Source: Neoconidiobolus thromboides FSU 785 (taxonomy: Eukaryota > Fungi > Entomophthoromycota). Taken from it: a stretch of DNA of 47,482 bases. A program made the translations under genes and the position numbers. This document shows, one piece after another, positions 1-11,143 of the stretch (position 1 is the first letter of the stretch; each line of letters opens with the position of its first letter). Under the pieces are notes generated by a model. That model saw nothing but the letters and a program-made list of their open reading frames with translations, was not told where the DNA came from and searched no databases. The stretch lies in the NCBI GenBank assembly GCA_025603075.1, contig MU626410.1, positions 1 to 47,482 on the forward strand. Reading direction: 5' to 3'.

Positions 1-215
1 AATTTCTAAGTAGATTCTGAAACCAATTAGGACAGCCCCATATGGTATTTATATATAGATATACTATTCAATTATTAATGAGAATTTATGTTGATTCAAA
101 TATCAACAATAAAATAATTAATAGAAACCCACTTTTATATAGTATTGATAGAAATAATACGAATAGTTTATTAAGTTAAAAGACATTAAAGATATTATTT
201 TACAAACATAAAAGA

Positions 216-1406
216 CTAATTACGATTCAAGCATGTACTTATTGAACCCCAGAGTAAATTCGATAATGAAGCAGCACCAGCCATAACTGAAAATGCTAGT
301 AATGAATTTCTTTTATCACACCAACCATTTAAACCACCAATTGGACATGGATTATATTGAAAGGCTAAGGCCAATGTAGCACATATCCAAAATATAGTTA
401 ATATTAAATCCATACTTAAATTAATAATTTTTGGTAATTTGGGACGATAGCCAACTCTTCTTTGATAAAAATCGACCATATGAAAGATGCCAATTAAAAT
501 AGAAAGTGAGCTTAAAAAATAATAAAAATTGAATGTATTTGAATAGTCCGGTACATCTTTTCCTATATACTAAAAAAGTTTAATCACTTATTTATATTTA
601 CAAATAAATTTAAAGCTATTTACTTGAGTGGTAACAATAGTTAATATAAGACACATAAATGCAGCCGAAAACTCAAACATTCTTAAACCAAAACGAAAAA
701 GATTTGGTTTTCTTCCTCTTGAAGCATGACGATGACGTACTGTTAATTTTTTCCAAAATGTATCTGCTTCAACTAAATCTTCTGGCATACCTAACATTGC
801 TGGATGAGTAGGGTAATCAAACTTGGCAGGTGTTACATTGGGTGGTAAACTAATATCTTCTGGTGTTAATACTACTTTATTTTGTGGAGTGTTTTCATTT
901 TGATTTTCACTAACAGTTGTAGTATTTTCTGATACTTGGCTAATCTCATTATTTGAACTTGAAGTTCCAATTTGATTTTGTTCATCTGAAGTTTCTTGAA
1001 TTCTTTGGTTAATTAGATTTTGAGTTGGATCTTCGTTTATATTCACTTCATTATTCAACACATTAATTTTTATCCTACCATGATGTTGATAATCACTTTG
1101 TGATGTTGTTAAAGGTGGTGGATGAGATTGTACATAATGTACTGCATTATGTTGATTACTTAAAGGGATCTGACTTAAAGTTGGGGAACTATTATTAACT
1201 GGATTGGGATAAAGATGGTATTTTTGTGGTGAATATAAAGCTGGATTTGGATTTTGATAATAAAGCGTGGGGTTATAATGTTGTTCTGGTATCCCTTGAT
1301 AAGGAGAATGCACTCCATATTCTTGTGCTAAATTAGTTTGTTGAGCATAATACCTTCGATATCTTTCAGCTTCTTCAGGTGTTATATAGTTGATATTATT
1401 TTCCAT
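216..1406 (-). CDS. MARVEL-like 4-TM membrane protein with long Y/Q/P/N-rich N-terminus; 2 exons (1406-624, 569-216)
   Basis: A GT-AG intron at 623-570 joins the two track ORFs in frame (TTQ|YIGKDVPDY...HMVDFYQRR). Four hydrophobic segments follow LFRFGLRMFEFSAAF, with a CPIGGLNGWC loop before the last helix, as is typical of fungal MARVEL proteins. Confidence 0.7.
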
Positions 1407-2076
1407 ATTGAATAAATAAATTAAAAAATTAAAAGTGGATATTTAAGTTCTACTCACAAGTGTAAGCCTTGGCTTGAGTTCATGTTTGACATGGTTTATT
1501 AAACCAATCATCATAGTTTCCCAAACTTTATTTAATATAAACGAATAAGAATTTTATTATTGATTCCTTTTGGATATTTTTGTAGTCTCCAAATTGATTT
1601 TGCCCTAAATTATGATTTGATTTTTACAATTGTCAGGCTTTTATTTTTATTCCAAGATAATTTCATTATGAAAAACTGAGAAGGATAATTTTTGAGTCTC
1701 GAAGTAATAATGCCAAGCATACAAAAGAATATATTTTTATGTTCTTTAAAAATAAATAGGTAGTCTATTATAAATTAGACAAAGAAAGTTAATAAAAATT
1801 AGATAAAGGGCCAGAGAGTGCTTATTTTTTTACCTTTATTAATTACCAACATACCTCTAGACTAATGAGTTTGCTTATCAATGTTATTCTTATTAGACAA
1901 AAAACTACATAAGTATTTTCTTGTTTCCTTTAAAAAAACATTGTGAAAATATATATATACTTTAATAGACTAACAACATCAAAAAAGTGCAAAAATATTA
2001 AAAATAAGCCAAACTTAATAGTGAAGCATAAGTTCATTTTGATCAATAATTTGAAACTAACAATATAATGTGATAT

Positions 2077-2167
2077 GAGGATGTATTTTTTTAAAGAATT
2101 TTACTAACAATTTTTCCGTTGAAATAGCACTTAAGAAACAAAAATAATGAAACTAAAAAACATCCTC
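2077..2167 (+). mobile_element. Short MITE, copy A
   Basis: GAGGATGTATTTTT...AAAAAACATCCTC terminal inverted repeat; core AAGAATTTTACTAACAATTTTTCC..AAATAGCACTTAA..TAATGAAAC is shared with the other copies. Confidence 0.8.
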
Positions 2168-2365
2168 GTATGTAAGATTTCTAAATAACTTATTATTGTT
2201 ATAATTTTGATTTTTATAATTATATGCTATAAAAAACCTTATTTCAAAATACCGTTATCTTTTATACTTAACATTGACACATGGGCAGTTGCAATGTAAT
2301 ATGTATTATAAGTACTTAATAATAATATTTATGTGATATAAAGTTTGTTTTACAATAATATATAT

Positions 2366-2454
2366 GGATACCTCTTTGTTTAAAGAATTTATCATGTTTT
2401 TTCTTCTTAATAGCACTTAAAAGTGGAAAAAATTATGAAACCAAAAAACATCCC
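2366..2454 (+). mobile_element. Short MITE, copy B (degenerate left end)
   Basis: TAAAGAATTT..AATAGCACTTAAAAGTGGAAAAAATTATGAAACCAAAAAACATCCC|ATAT matches the family core and right end. Confidence 0.7.
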
Positions 2455-2854
2455 ATATATATTACAATTATTGAAGTATTGTATTATTTTTAATATTGTT
2501 AATACAAAGTACAAAATATTAGCGTTTTGATATAAAATAAAATAAAACCTAGAATTCATATTTAACAGTGAAAACTATTTTCATTGTCACCAAATGATAA
2601 TTATTCAAAAAACTTTAGTAAATAATTTAAGTGAATTTAACATTGTACAATTTATTTATGATAAACTTGTGAAAAAGCTAAAATAGAAAAATTACAATTA
2701 AAAAACCAAGATGAAGTGAATATACAAAAATTAATTTATGACAATCACCATGTCAACCACTACCTTGATATTTTGAAGCTTTCAATAAGTAGAAGTATTT
2801 AAGAGCTATCGATGTTATATATTTAAAATTACGTTATAGCTTTATTAGCTATAT

Positions 2855-2943
2855 GTGAGTTTTTTTTGGCTTCATCACTTTTTTATCTTTTAAGTACTAT
2901 TTAAGTGGAAAAATTGTTAATAAAATTGTTAAAAAGAAATCCT
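2855..2943 (-). mobile_element. Short MITE, copy C (degenerate)
   Basis: The reverse complement of TTTTTTTTGGCTTCATCACTTTTTTATCTTTTAAGTACTATTTAAGTGGAAAAATTGTTAATAAAATT matches the family core. Confidence 0.7.
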
Positions 2944-4295
2944 TATATTTAGTTCATTAACGTCTCCGAAATTGACTATTGTATAAAATTTAAAAAATAA
3001 AAACAATTAGAATTTATAATAGCGGGTAATCCTAAACAAATCATAAAATAAGTTATTAAAAGACCTTTGAGTAAAGGCTAATAACTATTTTAATGTTTTA
3101 TTTTAAACTTTATCCCTTCTAAGTTCATGGAATTCATAAAATATCAATAATTTGGAAAACACTCTCAATTTGTACAATCACTATAACCTCTCCGATATTA
3201 AGGTTTATGCTAAATATAAACTTGAACTACGGTATATATTGATTTTAAAATAAATATGAAATCACTTATTTTCCACTACTCTAGATAGCTTCGGTACTTA
3301 CTATAGAATGAACTTGTATTAACTTTTATAATAATTGAAAGTATGCACTTTGAATCTTTTATTTCCAAAATTAATTTAACCGAACTACTTGGGATTGTGG
3401 AATAAAAGGCATATTAATTCCCTTTATTTTATTTTGCCCATATTGTTAATGAATCCTATCTTCCAAATTAAATAAAACCTTAAAATATTATCCTTGTTTA
3501 CTACTGCTTTTCTGGTTTGAACTTTTAACAGATTTTAAAGTATAAAATTATTTAATATCATTCTCTTTCTTCTTTAAAGTGTACTAACCATTATGTAAAT
3601 TTTAATTTAAGTAAATATTGAAAATACATTAGCATTAGATCTAGTACATATATTAATTGTCATAAAAGGGAGACTATGTCCCCAATATTTGTTTGAAAAT
3701 TAGTATTATTAATAAAAATCGTTAATAAATTATAGTCAACAATAAGAAACAAGCCATTTAGAGCCTAGAAGAAATTTCGCGTTTATACTTGCATCTGGTT
3801 ATGCCATTTATAATTATCCTCTTGGCTACGTCGTGTTGCATTATTTTCGATTGTTTTACTTATGATATTTATACTTTGGATTACTCCGAACTATACATAC
3901 CAAATTTGTAGCTTACATCTTGAACCCTCTCTGAATTTGAACCGAACTTCATATATAATTTACTATTAAAAGTGTAATTAGTTCATCCCTCTATTTTATG
4001 GGTCGTAATACGCATTTTATTAAGGCTAAATAATAAATATTTAAATAATAAGCATTTATTAAAAATGATTTTTAACGTGTCATAGAACAATATACCGGAT
4101 TTAATTTTAGCTATTGAATTTTGTTACCAATTTTGTCAATAAAAATAATAGTTTATTATAATTTCATATTTGCTAGCAAAATGGAACATATATAAACCTT
4201 CACATAGAATTTGTATCATTAAAACATTTGAGTTCTACATTATCTCTATATATTTATTCCTTCCATTTTATAATTGATCGCTCTATATAACTACT

Positions 4296-6248
4296 ATGAA
4301 GGGTTTTCTTTTTATTATTTCCTTTGCCATCTTATTCTCGGGTTCAGCTACCACCGCAGATACTACAAGTGATGACTCTTATCTTTACAAGAAGAATGAT
4401 TATAAAACCGCTGAAAAAACTTATGACTATATAGTTGTAGGAGGAGGTTCAGCTGGTGGTATGGTAGCTATGAGATTAGCCAAATATGGTTATAAAACCT
4501 TATTGATTGAAGCTGGACCAGAGCCTGAACCAGGGCCAGCAAGTTATAATATAACTACCGCTGGTATCTCTTTCCGTGCAACTGAAGATCCAAAGATTTC
4601 CTTTGATTTTTCTGTTAAACATTACCCAGAAAGCACCGGTATCCGCCAAAATGTATTTTATCCAAGAGTAGGTGGATTAGGTGGATGTTCTTTACATCAT
4701 GCTCAAATTGAAATGTACCCACAGCAACAAGATTTCGACCAACTCAAGAGTTTAACTGGAAATGCAGTATTCGAAGAAAAAACTTTTAGAAACAAATATT
4801 TTAAGCCATTAGAAAATAATCAATATCCAACAGATCTTAGAAACGCTAATGACCATGGTTTCAATGGCTGGCTGCCTCTTTCTTACAACCCAGTAGAACG
4901 TGTTGGTCCAATTGATCAATCACTTATTGATTTCCTCTCCTTTTTAGGTCCAAATCCAAAGTATGATGTCAATGGTTATGTGAATGGTAAACTTGGCACT
5001 AGTCAAGAATCTACATTTACTATCCCAGGTGGTGTTCATCTGAATAATTTTACCAGAATGAATTTCCTTGGTCAAATGCAAATGGCCCGAGCTTTCACTC
5101 CATTAACTATTCTTACTGATACTTTTGCAACTAAGATCTTATTCGACAAGAACAAGAAAGCAACTGGAGTAGAAGTTCGTCATGGTAAATACCTATATAA
5201 AGCTTCACCAATGTATAAACAAGCCAATTGGGATTCAAGTGTAAAAAACCAGTTCTTTGCTACTAAAGAAATTATTATCTCTGGCGGTACCTTTATGACC
5301 CCACAACTACTTATGCTTTCAGGTATTGGAGATGCAACTCAGTTAAACAAATTTAAAATCCCAGTTATTTCCAACCTTAAAGGAGTAGGAAAAAACCTTC
5401 AAGATCGTTATGAGATCCCATACAGTACCGATTTAAAACAAAATCTTGAAATATTTAAAGGTTGCCCATGGGTCACGGACCCAACCAAAGATCGATGCTT
5501 TAAAAACTACTTAGAAACTAAGACAGGGCCTTATTTACATGCCCCTGGTTTTAGCGGTCAAATTAAAAACTCAAAAGCTGGCTTAAAAGAACCTGATACT
5601 TTTTTTATCAGTCTTCCTATCTATTTCCATGGTTACTATAGAGGATATACTCAAGACATTGTTAATAACCTTCATTATTTCACTCAACTAGTATTAAAAG
5701 CACATTCCAAAGGAAGAGGCCATGTTAACCTCGTATCCGCTAATCCTAATGATGTACCTGACATCAACTTATTAAAATTCAACCGTAATGGTGCTGAAGA
5801 TATGAATGTCTTAATTGATGGCATCTTGTTTTTGCGTAACCGCACTAATGCTAATGTAGGTACTAAATACCAAGAAGCGCTGCCAGGTAAAGATATTAAA
5901 ACACGCAACCAAATAGCCAAATGGATTATCGAAACGGTATGGGGTCACCATGTATGTTGTACTGCAAAATTGGGTGCTGACTCTGATCCTTATGCTGTAC
6001 TTGATTCTAGATTTAGAGTTCGTGGTGTTAAGAGCTTAAGAGTAGTTGATATGTCTATTTTCCCTGATATTCCTGGCTTCTTCCCTAACTTATTTATTCA
6101 TATGCTTGGAGATGTTGTTGCTGATTTTGTTCATGAGGATAACAAATCAGCTTCAGATGTACTTGCTAAGTCCCCCCCAACTACAGGCGGTGATTATACT
6201 GAAGAGTATGATGGCTTGAATGTAAACGATCCCAAGGTTGAGAAATAA
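4296..6248 (+). CDS. Secreted GMC (glucose-methanol-choline) oxidoreductase, intronless, 650 aa
   Basis: N-terminal signal peptide; FAD-binding YDYIVVGGGSAG; EAG; YPRVGGLGGCSLH; IISGGTFMTPQLLMLSGIG; GVGKNLQDRYE; WGHHVCCT; VLDSRFRVRGVKSLRVVDMSIFP. Confidence 0.95.
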   Translation: MKGFLFIISFAILFSGSATTADTTSDDSYLYKKNDYKTAEKTYDYIVVGGGSAGGMVAMRLAKYGYKTLLIEAGPEPEPGPASYNITTAGISFRATEDPKISFDFSVKHYPESTGIRQNVFYPRVGGLGGCSLHHAQIEMYPQQQDFDQLKSLTGNAVFEEKTFRNKYFKPLENNQYPTDLRNANDHGFNGWLPLSYNPVERVGPIDQSLIDFLSFLGPNPKYDVNGYVNGKLGTSQESTFTIPGGVHLNNFTRMNFLGQMQMARAFTPLTILTDTFATKILFDKNKKATGVEVRHGKYLYKASPMYKQANWDSSVKNQFFATKEIIISGGTFMTPQLLMLSGIGDATQLNKFKIPVISNLKGVGKNLQDRYEIPYSTDLKQNLEIFKGCPWVTDPTKDRCFKNYLETKTGPYLHAPGFSGQIKNSKAGLKEPDTFFISLPIYFHGYYRGYTQDIVNNLHYFTQLVLKAHSKGRGHVNLVSANPNDVPDINLLKFNRNGAEDMNVLIDGILFLRNRTNANVGTKYQEALPGKDIKTRNQIAKWIIETVWGHHVCCTAKLGADSDPYAVLDSRFRVRGVKSLRVVDMSIFPDIPGFFPNLFIHMLGDVVADFVHEDNKSASDVLAKSPPTTGGDYTEEYDGLNVNDPKVEK

Positions 6249-6577
6249 AGTTAATTAGTAGTTTCAATAAATTCTTACAAAATATTATAATCTATAGATA
6301 ATTATATGTGCTTTATTGAATAAACTTGGCCTGAGTTGTGTTCAAGAGGAGAAAGATGTTAAACTATAGACCTATAAGTCTTTTAATGAAACCTATCTTA
6401 TTTATAAAAAGCCAAATCAACAAGTTTGTTGTTATAAATCAATATATTTAGTTTTATATTAACTTTAAACTAAAACAAAATTTTAATATTGTACTACTAT
6501 TGTACTTTATAATTAGCAATTGTAATAATGTATTTTTTGTATGAGTCTTTACTGTATTCAACAATATTTTAATATAT

Positions 6578-6674
6578 GGGGATGTATTTTTGTGGTTAAG
6601 AATTTTATTAACAATTTTCCACTCAAATAGGCCTTGAAAGATGGAAAAAGCGATGAAGTCAAAAAAACATCCCC
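6578..6674 (+). mobile_element. Short MITE, copy D (best-preserved ends)
   Basis: ATATAT|GGGGATGTATTTTT...AAAAAAACATCCCC|ATATAT; 97 bp with the family core. Confidence 0.85.
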
Positions 6675-8002
6675 ATATATTTTGCTCAGAAAGAAAAACT
6701 TGTATACTAAAAAAAACCACAGTACATATTTTTTTGAATATCCTCATTTGGTAGTGACGATTAATATAGCCTATACCACGGTTATCTATCGCTTTATTGG
6801 ATTAGACAGAGCGTTATCCAAGCACTGTCAAAAGTATACAAGAAGCTAAAGCTAATAAACTACACCCTTTTTAAAGAAACCCTTCTTATTTTTAATCAGC
6901 CATTTATCTTCATTTATTGTCATTTTTATAACTACTATAAATACATAATAAACCAAGAAAATCATAATAAGCTGTATAATCTTATTTGAAACGAGACTTA
7001 GCTTGAACGAAAACCTTCAGATCATAGTCATGAAAATATACTTGTAATCAATATATAAGCAATAAACGCTGTAATCAACAGCTCAACTGATCTTCTTTTA
7101 AATGATTTATTCTTTGCATTTATAGTAGGCACATATATAAGGAAAAAATAATGTAAATAATGTAAAACTCGGACACTTAGCTTCCTTAAAAGATCCAAAC
7201 TGACCAGTGGAAAGATTTTCATCTGTTTTCTTCAATTCAAAATTGCAATGACCTAAAGCAGCGCCCTCTTAGGTTATAATGTTTAGCTTCAAGATATTAT
7301 TTTTATCCTTATAACTTTTGGCTTCAATAGTTATTTTTTTAACATGTATTTCATCACCAATAAAGTTTTTCCAATTTTTGACTTTAAATATAGTCTTAGG
7401 CCAATTTTTTTCATAAAGTGAGGAACTAGAATACTTACTTTTGCATCATCATTGATGTATATATTTATTTTATTATTAACCTATTTAAGTTCAAAGAATG
7501 GTTGTTTTATTTAGCTTGCTGCCCTATTATAACACTTTTTCAAATGTTAGAATCTGAATGATTATGAGGTAGCGTGTTTTTAAATTTTTGATTGGCGGGC
7601 TTAAAATGAGAGAAAACACGAAACATTTGAATTAAAATAGTTGCTCAAGTTGAAATAAACTCTACAAAGTTGATTTTACAATTTCATTGAATTTTTAAAC
7701 TCAGCACAATAGCTTTAGTTTCAACATAATTGGTTGATACTGAAATTAAACCAATGATAATCCCCAAAGTCAACCAATCTTTACAAAATCATTTCTAAAA
7801 AGTAAGCATAATGTAAGAATTCCCCAACCTTAAGCATTTTACACCTTAACTAGTTCACTATCCTTAGCTTAAATCATTAGCCAATCAAATTAACGTAGGA
7901 TCTAGATAAAACGAGCAAGCTACCATTTGAATTAGAAATAAAACTACGATGATGCAATAAAATTTAATTGTCTTTTTAACCAAAGAGATAACCCAAATTG
8001 TT

Positions 8003-8869
8003 ATGACCATGTCCAACTCATCTAATGAAAACCCAATGCGCGTTACTCCACTCCCTCTACAACATGAGTGGTGTTTTTGGTTAGAAAAGTAAATATTCAA
8101 ATAAACTATTAGTAGATTAATATTAAACACCCCAACTCATTTATAGGTATAACCCAACATTACCAAACCATTCTTATTCAACCAATTTGACTTTGATTTG
8201 CACAGTTAAGACAGTACAGGTAATTAGAAAGAAGAATAAGTTTATTGAATGCTACTAACTTTTAAAACGTAAAGGAATTTTGGTCTGCTTACAATAATAT
8301 AATTTCACCAGAACATTTACAAAATCGAAACAGTATTCATTTTTTTAAAAAAGGGGTTAAACCAATTTGGTAATTACTAATTATGATAATATTTTATTAA
8401 ATAATCAATTTGAATAGGGAAGATCCAAAAAATGAAAATGGAGGTTCTTGGTCCTATCGTATGCCAAAAGATCAAAGTGTAAAAATTTGGCCAGAGTTAT
8501 TGATGCTTTGTGTAGGTAGGATTTTAGATGAAGCTTTTACTCAAGGTAATATTAATCTTAGCTTTCAAATGCTTTCACCTGTGAATTAAATTTCTTTAAA
8601 TATACTAATATGATTTAATAGGCGACAGCTTAATTGGTGTATCCATCAGTTCACGTTGGAATTTGGATATCATTCAAATTTGGAATTTTTCAAGTGGTTT
8701 AGCAGCTACGGCTAAAGTTGAAAAAACTCTTCAAAACTTAGTTGAAGGTGTTGAGCTCCAACAGCCCTATTATAAAGGTAAGTTTGGATCTCTTTTTATA
8801 TAATAATTTTGTAACACGGTTGTGTTTTTAGCTCATAGTGAACATTCAGACTTTAAAAAGGGAGCTTGA
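8003..8869 (+). CDS. EIF4E3: Cap-binding translation initiation factor eIF4E, class III-like; 6 exons (not in ORF track)
   Basis: Spliced exons read PLPLQHEWCFWLEK|RYNPTLPNHSYSTNLTLICTVKTVQ|EFWSAY..FFKKGVKPIW|EDPKNENGGSW..KIWPELLMLCVG..|DSLIGVSISSRWNLDIIQIWN..QPYYK|AHSEH. All junctions are GT-AG; Trp43 is kept and the Trp56 position is Tyr. Confidence 0.9.
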
Positions 8870-9127
8870 TTTTTTTTCGAAATTTACGGTGACACTAATT
8901 CCTCTTTTAGTTCTCTTATTAAACTTTAAGTTATTTATCATGATTTATGTGTTTGTTTTTACCTGTTATGTTTTAGTCTGTATTATATATGTCATGTTAC
9001 ATAGCATATAATATAAATAGCCTAAGTATCTGATACATCATTATTTATGTGATTTTGGCCAATAAAATAACGAGTTTAAAAATAATTGCCATGACTGATA
9101 TTTAATCTTTTTTATAAAAAATATAAA

Positions 9128-10232
9128 ATGAGTTTATTAGCCAGAAGAATAGGATGGAATAATATAATAAAAACATCAAGAATCAATGTCCAACCATTTG
9201 CAAAGAATAAGTATGTCATCTTTAAAAATCAAACTGAAGTTTAACTTAATCCCATAAAGTTTAAAGATTAGCTTAAGATTTAATTTCAATACGCCACAAA
9301 AAAAGGATGATACAGAAGTACCAAAAGTAGCCTTAGTTCATATATGATTGATACTCGTTTTTAATTAATATTTATAGCTTCAGCTTAAAGAAAACATTTA
9401 TACTATTCCCAATTTATTAACTGTAAGTCGACTAGCTTCCTCACCATTATTAGGCTATTGGATAGTCAATGGGCAGTACAACTATGCTTTATCATTATTT
9501 ATAGTATCTGGGATAACGGATGTGGTAAATTTTATTTTTTTACGATAGAATATAATGATAAAAATAATAATACTGATGGTAAACTAGTTAGATGGATATA
9601 TAGCTAGAAAATACAATATGCAGACAATAGTAGGTTCAATCATTGATCCTTTAGCAGATAAAGTTTTAATGACAGTATTGACCGTTTCTCTCACTTGTCA
9701 GAATTTAATACCACGTGAGTTATTATACTATATTATACCATGTTGTTTTATATCATTTGCTATAATATAAGCTAATATTTTATGCTACATCTTTTTAAAA
9801 TTCTTAAATAATCTAATTGAACTTTTAGTTCCTTTAGCCATTGTGATCTTGGGAAGAGATGTGTTATTAGTTTTAGCATCTTTTTATTATCGTTATATAT
9901 CTTTACCAGCACCAAAAACATTTCAAAGATACTGGGATTTCTCAATACCTTCAGCTGAAGTAAGACCAACTAATATTTCTAAATTAAACACCTTTTTACA
10001 ATTGGCATTGATGGGCTCTACGCTTTTATCCACCGTTGTTGGAGCTATCGGACATCCGGCTTTGATCGGGTTACAGTGAGTTTTTTTGTTTTTAATCATT
10101 GAGTTTTTGATTAAATTATATTTTAGATACATTGTAGGAGCTACCACTATAGGTTCTGGGATCAGTTACGTTATTTCTAAAGATGCAGTTAGGATTTTAA
10201 AGCCTACTAAAAAGATTATTAAACAAAAGTAA
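9128..10232 (+). CDS. CRD1: Cardiolipin synthase (CDP-alcohol phosphatidyltransferase), multi-exon
   Basis: ENIYTIPNLLTVSRL; the motif TD.LDGYIARKYNMQTIVGSIIDPLADK is split across a GT-AG intron; GRDVLL; WDFSIPSAEVRPTNISKLNTFLQL; basic N-terminal presequence-like exon. Confidence 0.92.
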
Positions 10233-10804
10233 ATTTCTTAATGGTGTCTTATTTTTTTGTTTTAATTTTAACTTATTTTACAATTGTTTAATCACATCAA
10301 TTAAATAATCTTGTTTTAATTTCATACTGTTATTATGTTTCTAAAAGAATACAAACTCATTTTTCTTCTTATGATGGAAGAACAATGGGCTTTAAAAGTA
10401 TGTGTAATAGCGATAAAGAAGCTTGAAAACATTAATAATTACTATACTAGAGGTTAGCCAATATATATGAAAATAAAAGCTAACACTATTAAAAAACCTT
10501 GCTTTTTTATAGGACTTTGAAATATATGTTATAATTATAGTCTATTATGTTATTATTGTTAAACTAGTTATTTGTTGGATACTTTTTATCACCTCTTGAT
10601 TATAATAACTTTAGACTTATTATTAGATGTACTTCTAGAAAAACAATTAGACATTACTTTCGAACTATAAAAACAGCTATGGTATTATTGTGAAGTGTTT
10701 TAGGTAGTATGATATCCTAGAAAACTGTTATTAAATAAACAGTTTTATCACTGTTAAATTCTAGTTTCGACTTTTATTTTAGATGTGTAAAATAACATAC
10801 ATTT

Positions 10805-10902
10805 GGGGTTGTCTCTTTTTGTTAGAATTTTACTAACAACTTTTTCATTTAAATAGTGTTTACAAGATGAAAAAAGTAATGAAATTAGAAAAAATATTTC
10901 CC
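10805..10902 (+). mobile_element. Short MITE, copy E (diverged)
   Basis: GGGGTTGTCTCTTTTTGTTAGAATTTTACTAACAACTTTTTCATTTAAATAGTGTTTACAAGATGAAAAAAGTAATGAAA...TTTCCC. Confidence 0.75.
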
Positions 10903-11143
10903 TTTTCTATAACCAGTCGAGTACAACTGTTGGTTAATTTTAGCTCTTGGCTTTGGGATTTAATATAGTGATGAAGTATAGATTATTTTCCTGTTTTGTT
11001 TCTTTGTTTTTGTTATTAAAGTTAATTTAAAATCAGCTAAGGCACTACACAATATGTTTGCTTTAGTGCTTTAATAAATAATTATAAATTATAATGTATA
11101 CTTGATTTAATAAACTTATCCCTTATAAAAATCGTTATATAAA

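Noticed and set aside
3050-3090. Small hairpins (AGTTATTA..CCTTTGAGTAAAGG..TAATAACT; also AAAACTGTT..AACAGTTTT at ~10720)
   Set aside because: They are isolated AT-rich stems with no second copy or functional context; bacterial-style terminator logic does not apply here.
5684-5920. Short track ORFs antisense to real genes or in AT-rich DNA (e.g. 5684-5920, 6454-6747, 6634-6849, 7885-8130, 9772-9969, 9923-10147, 16295-16486, 23905-24090, 25841-26059, 31895-32224, 33619-33840, 40200-40403, 43758-43958, 44652-44852, 46754-46951)
   Set aside because: They are shadows of genes on the other strand or frame, or they overlap MITEs. They have no motifs and a composition typical of random AT-rich frames.
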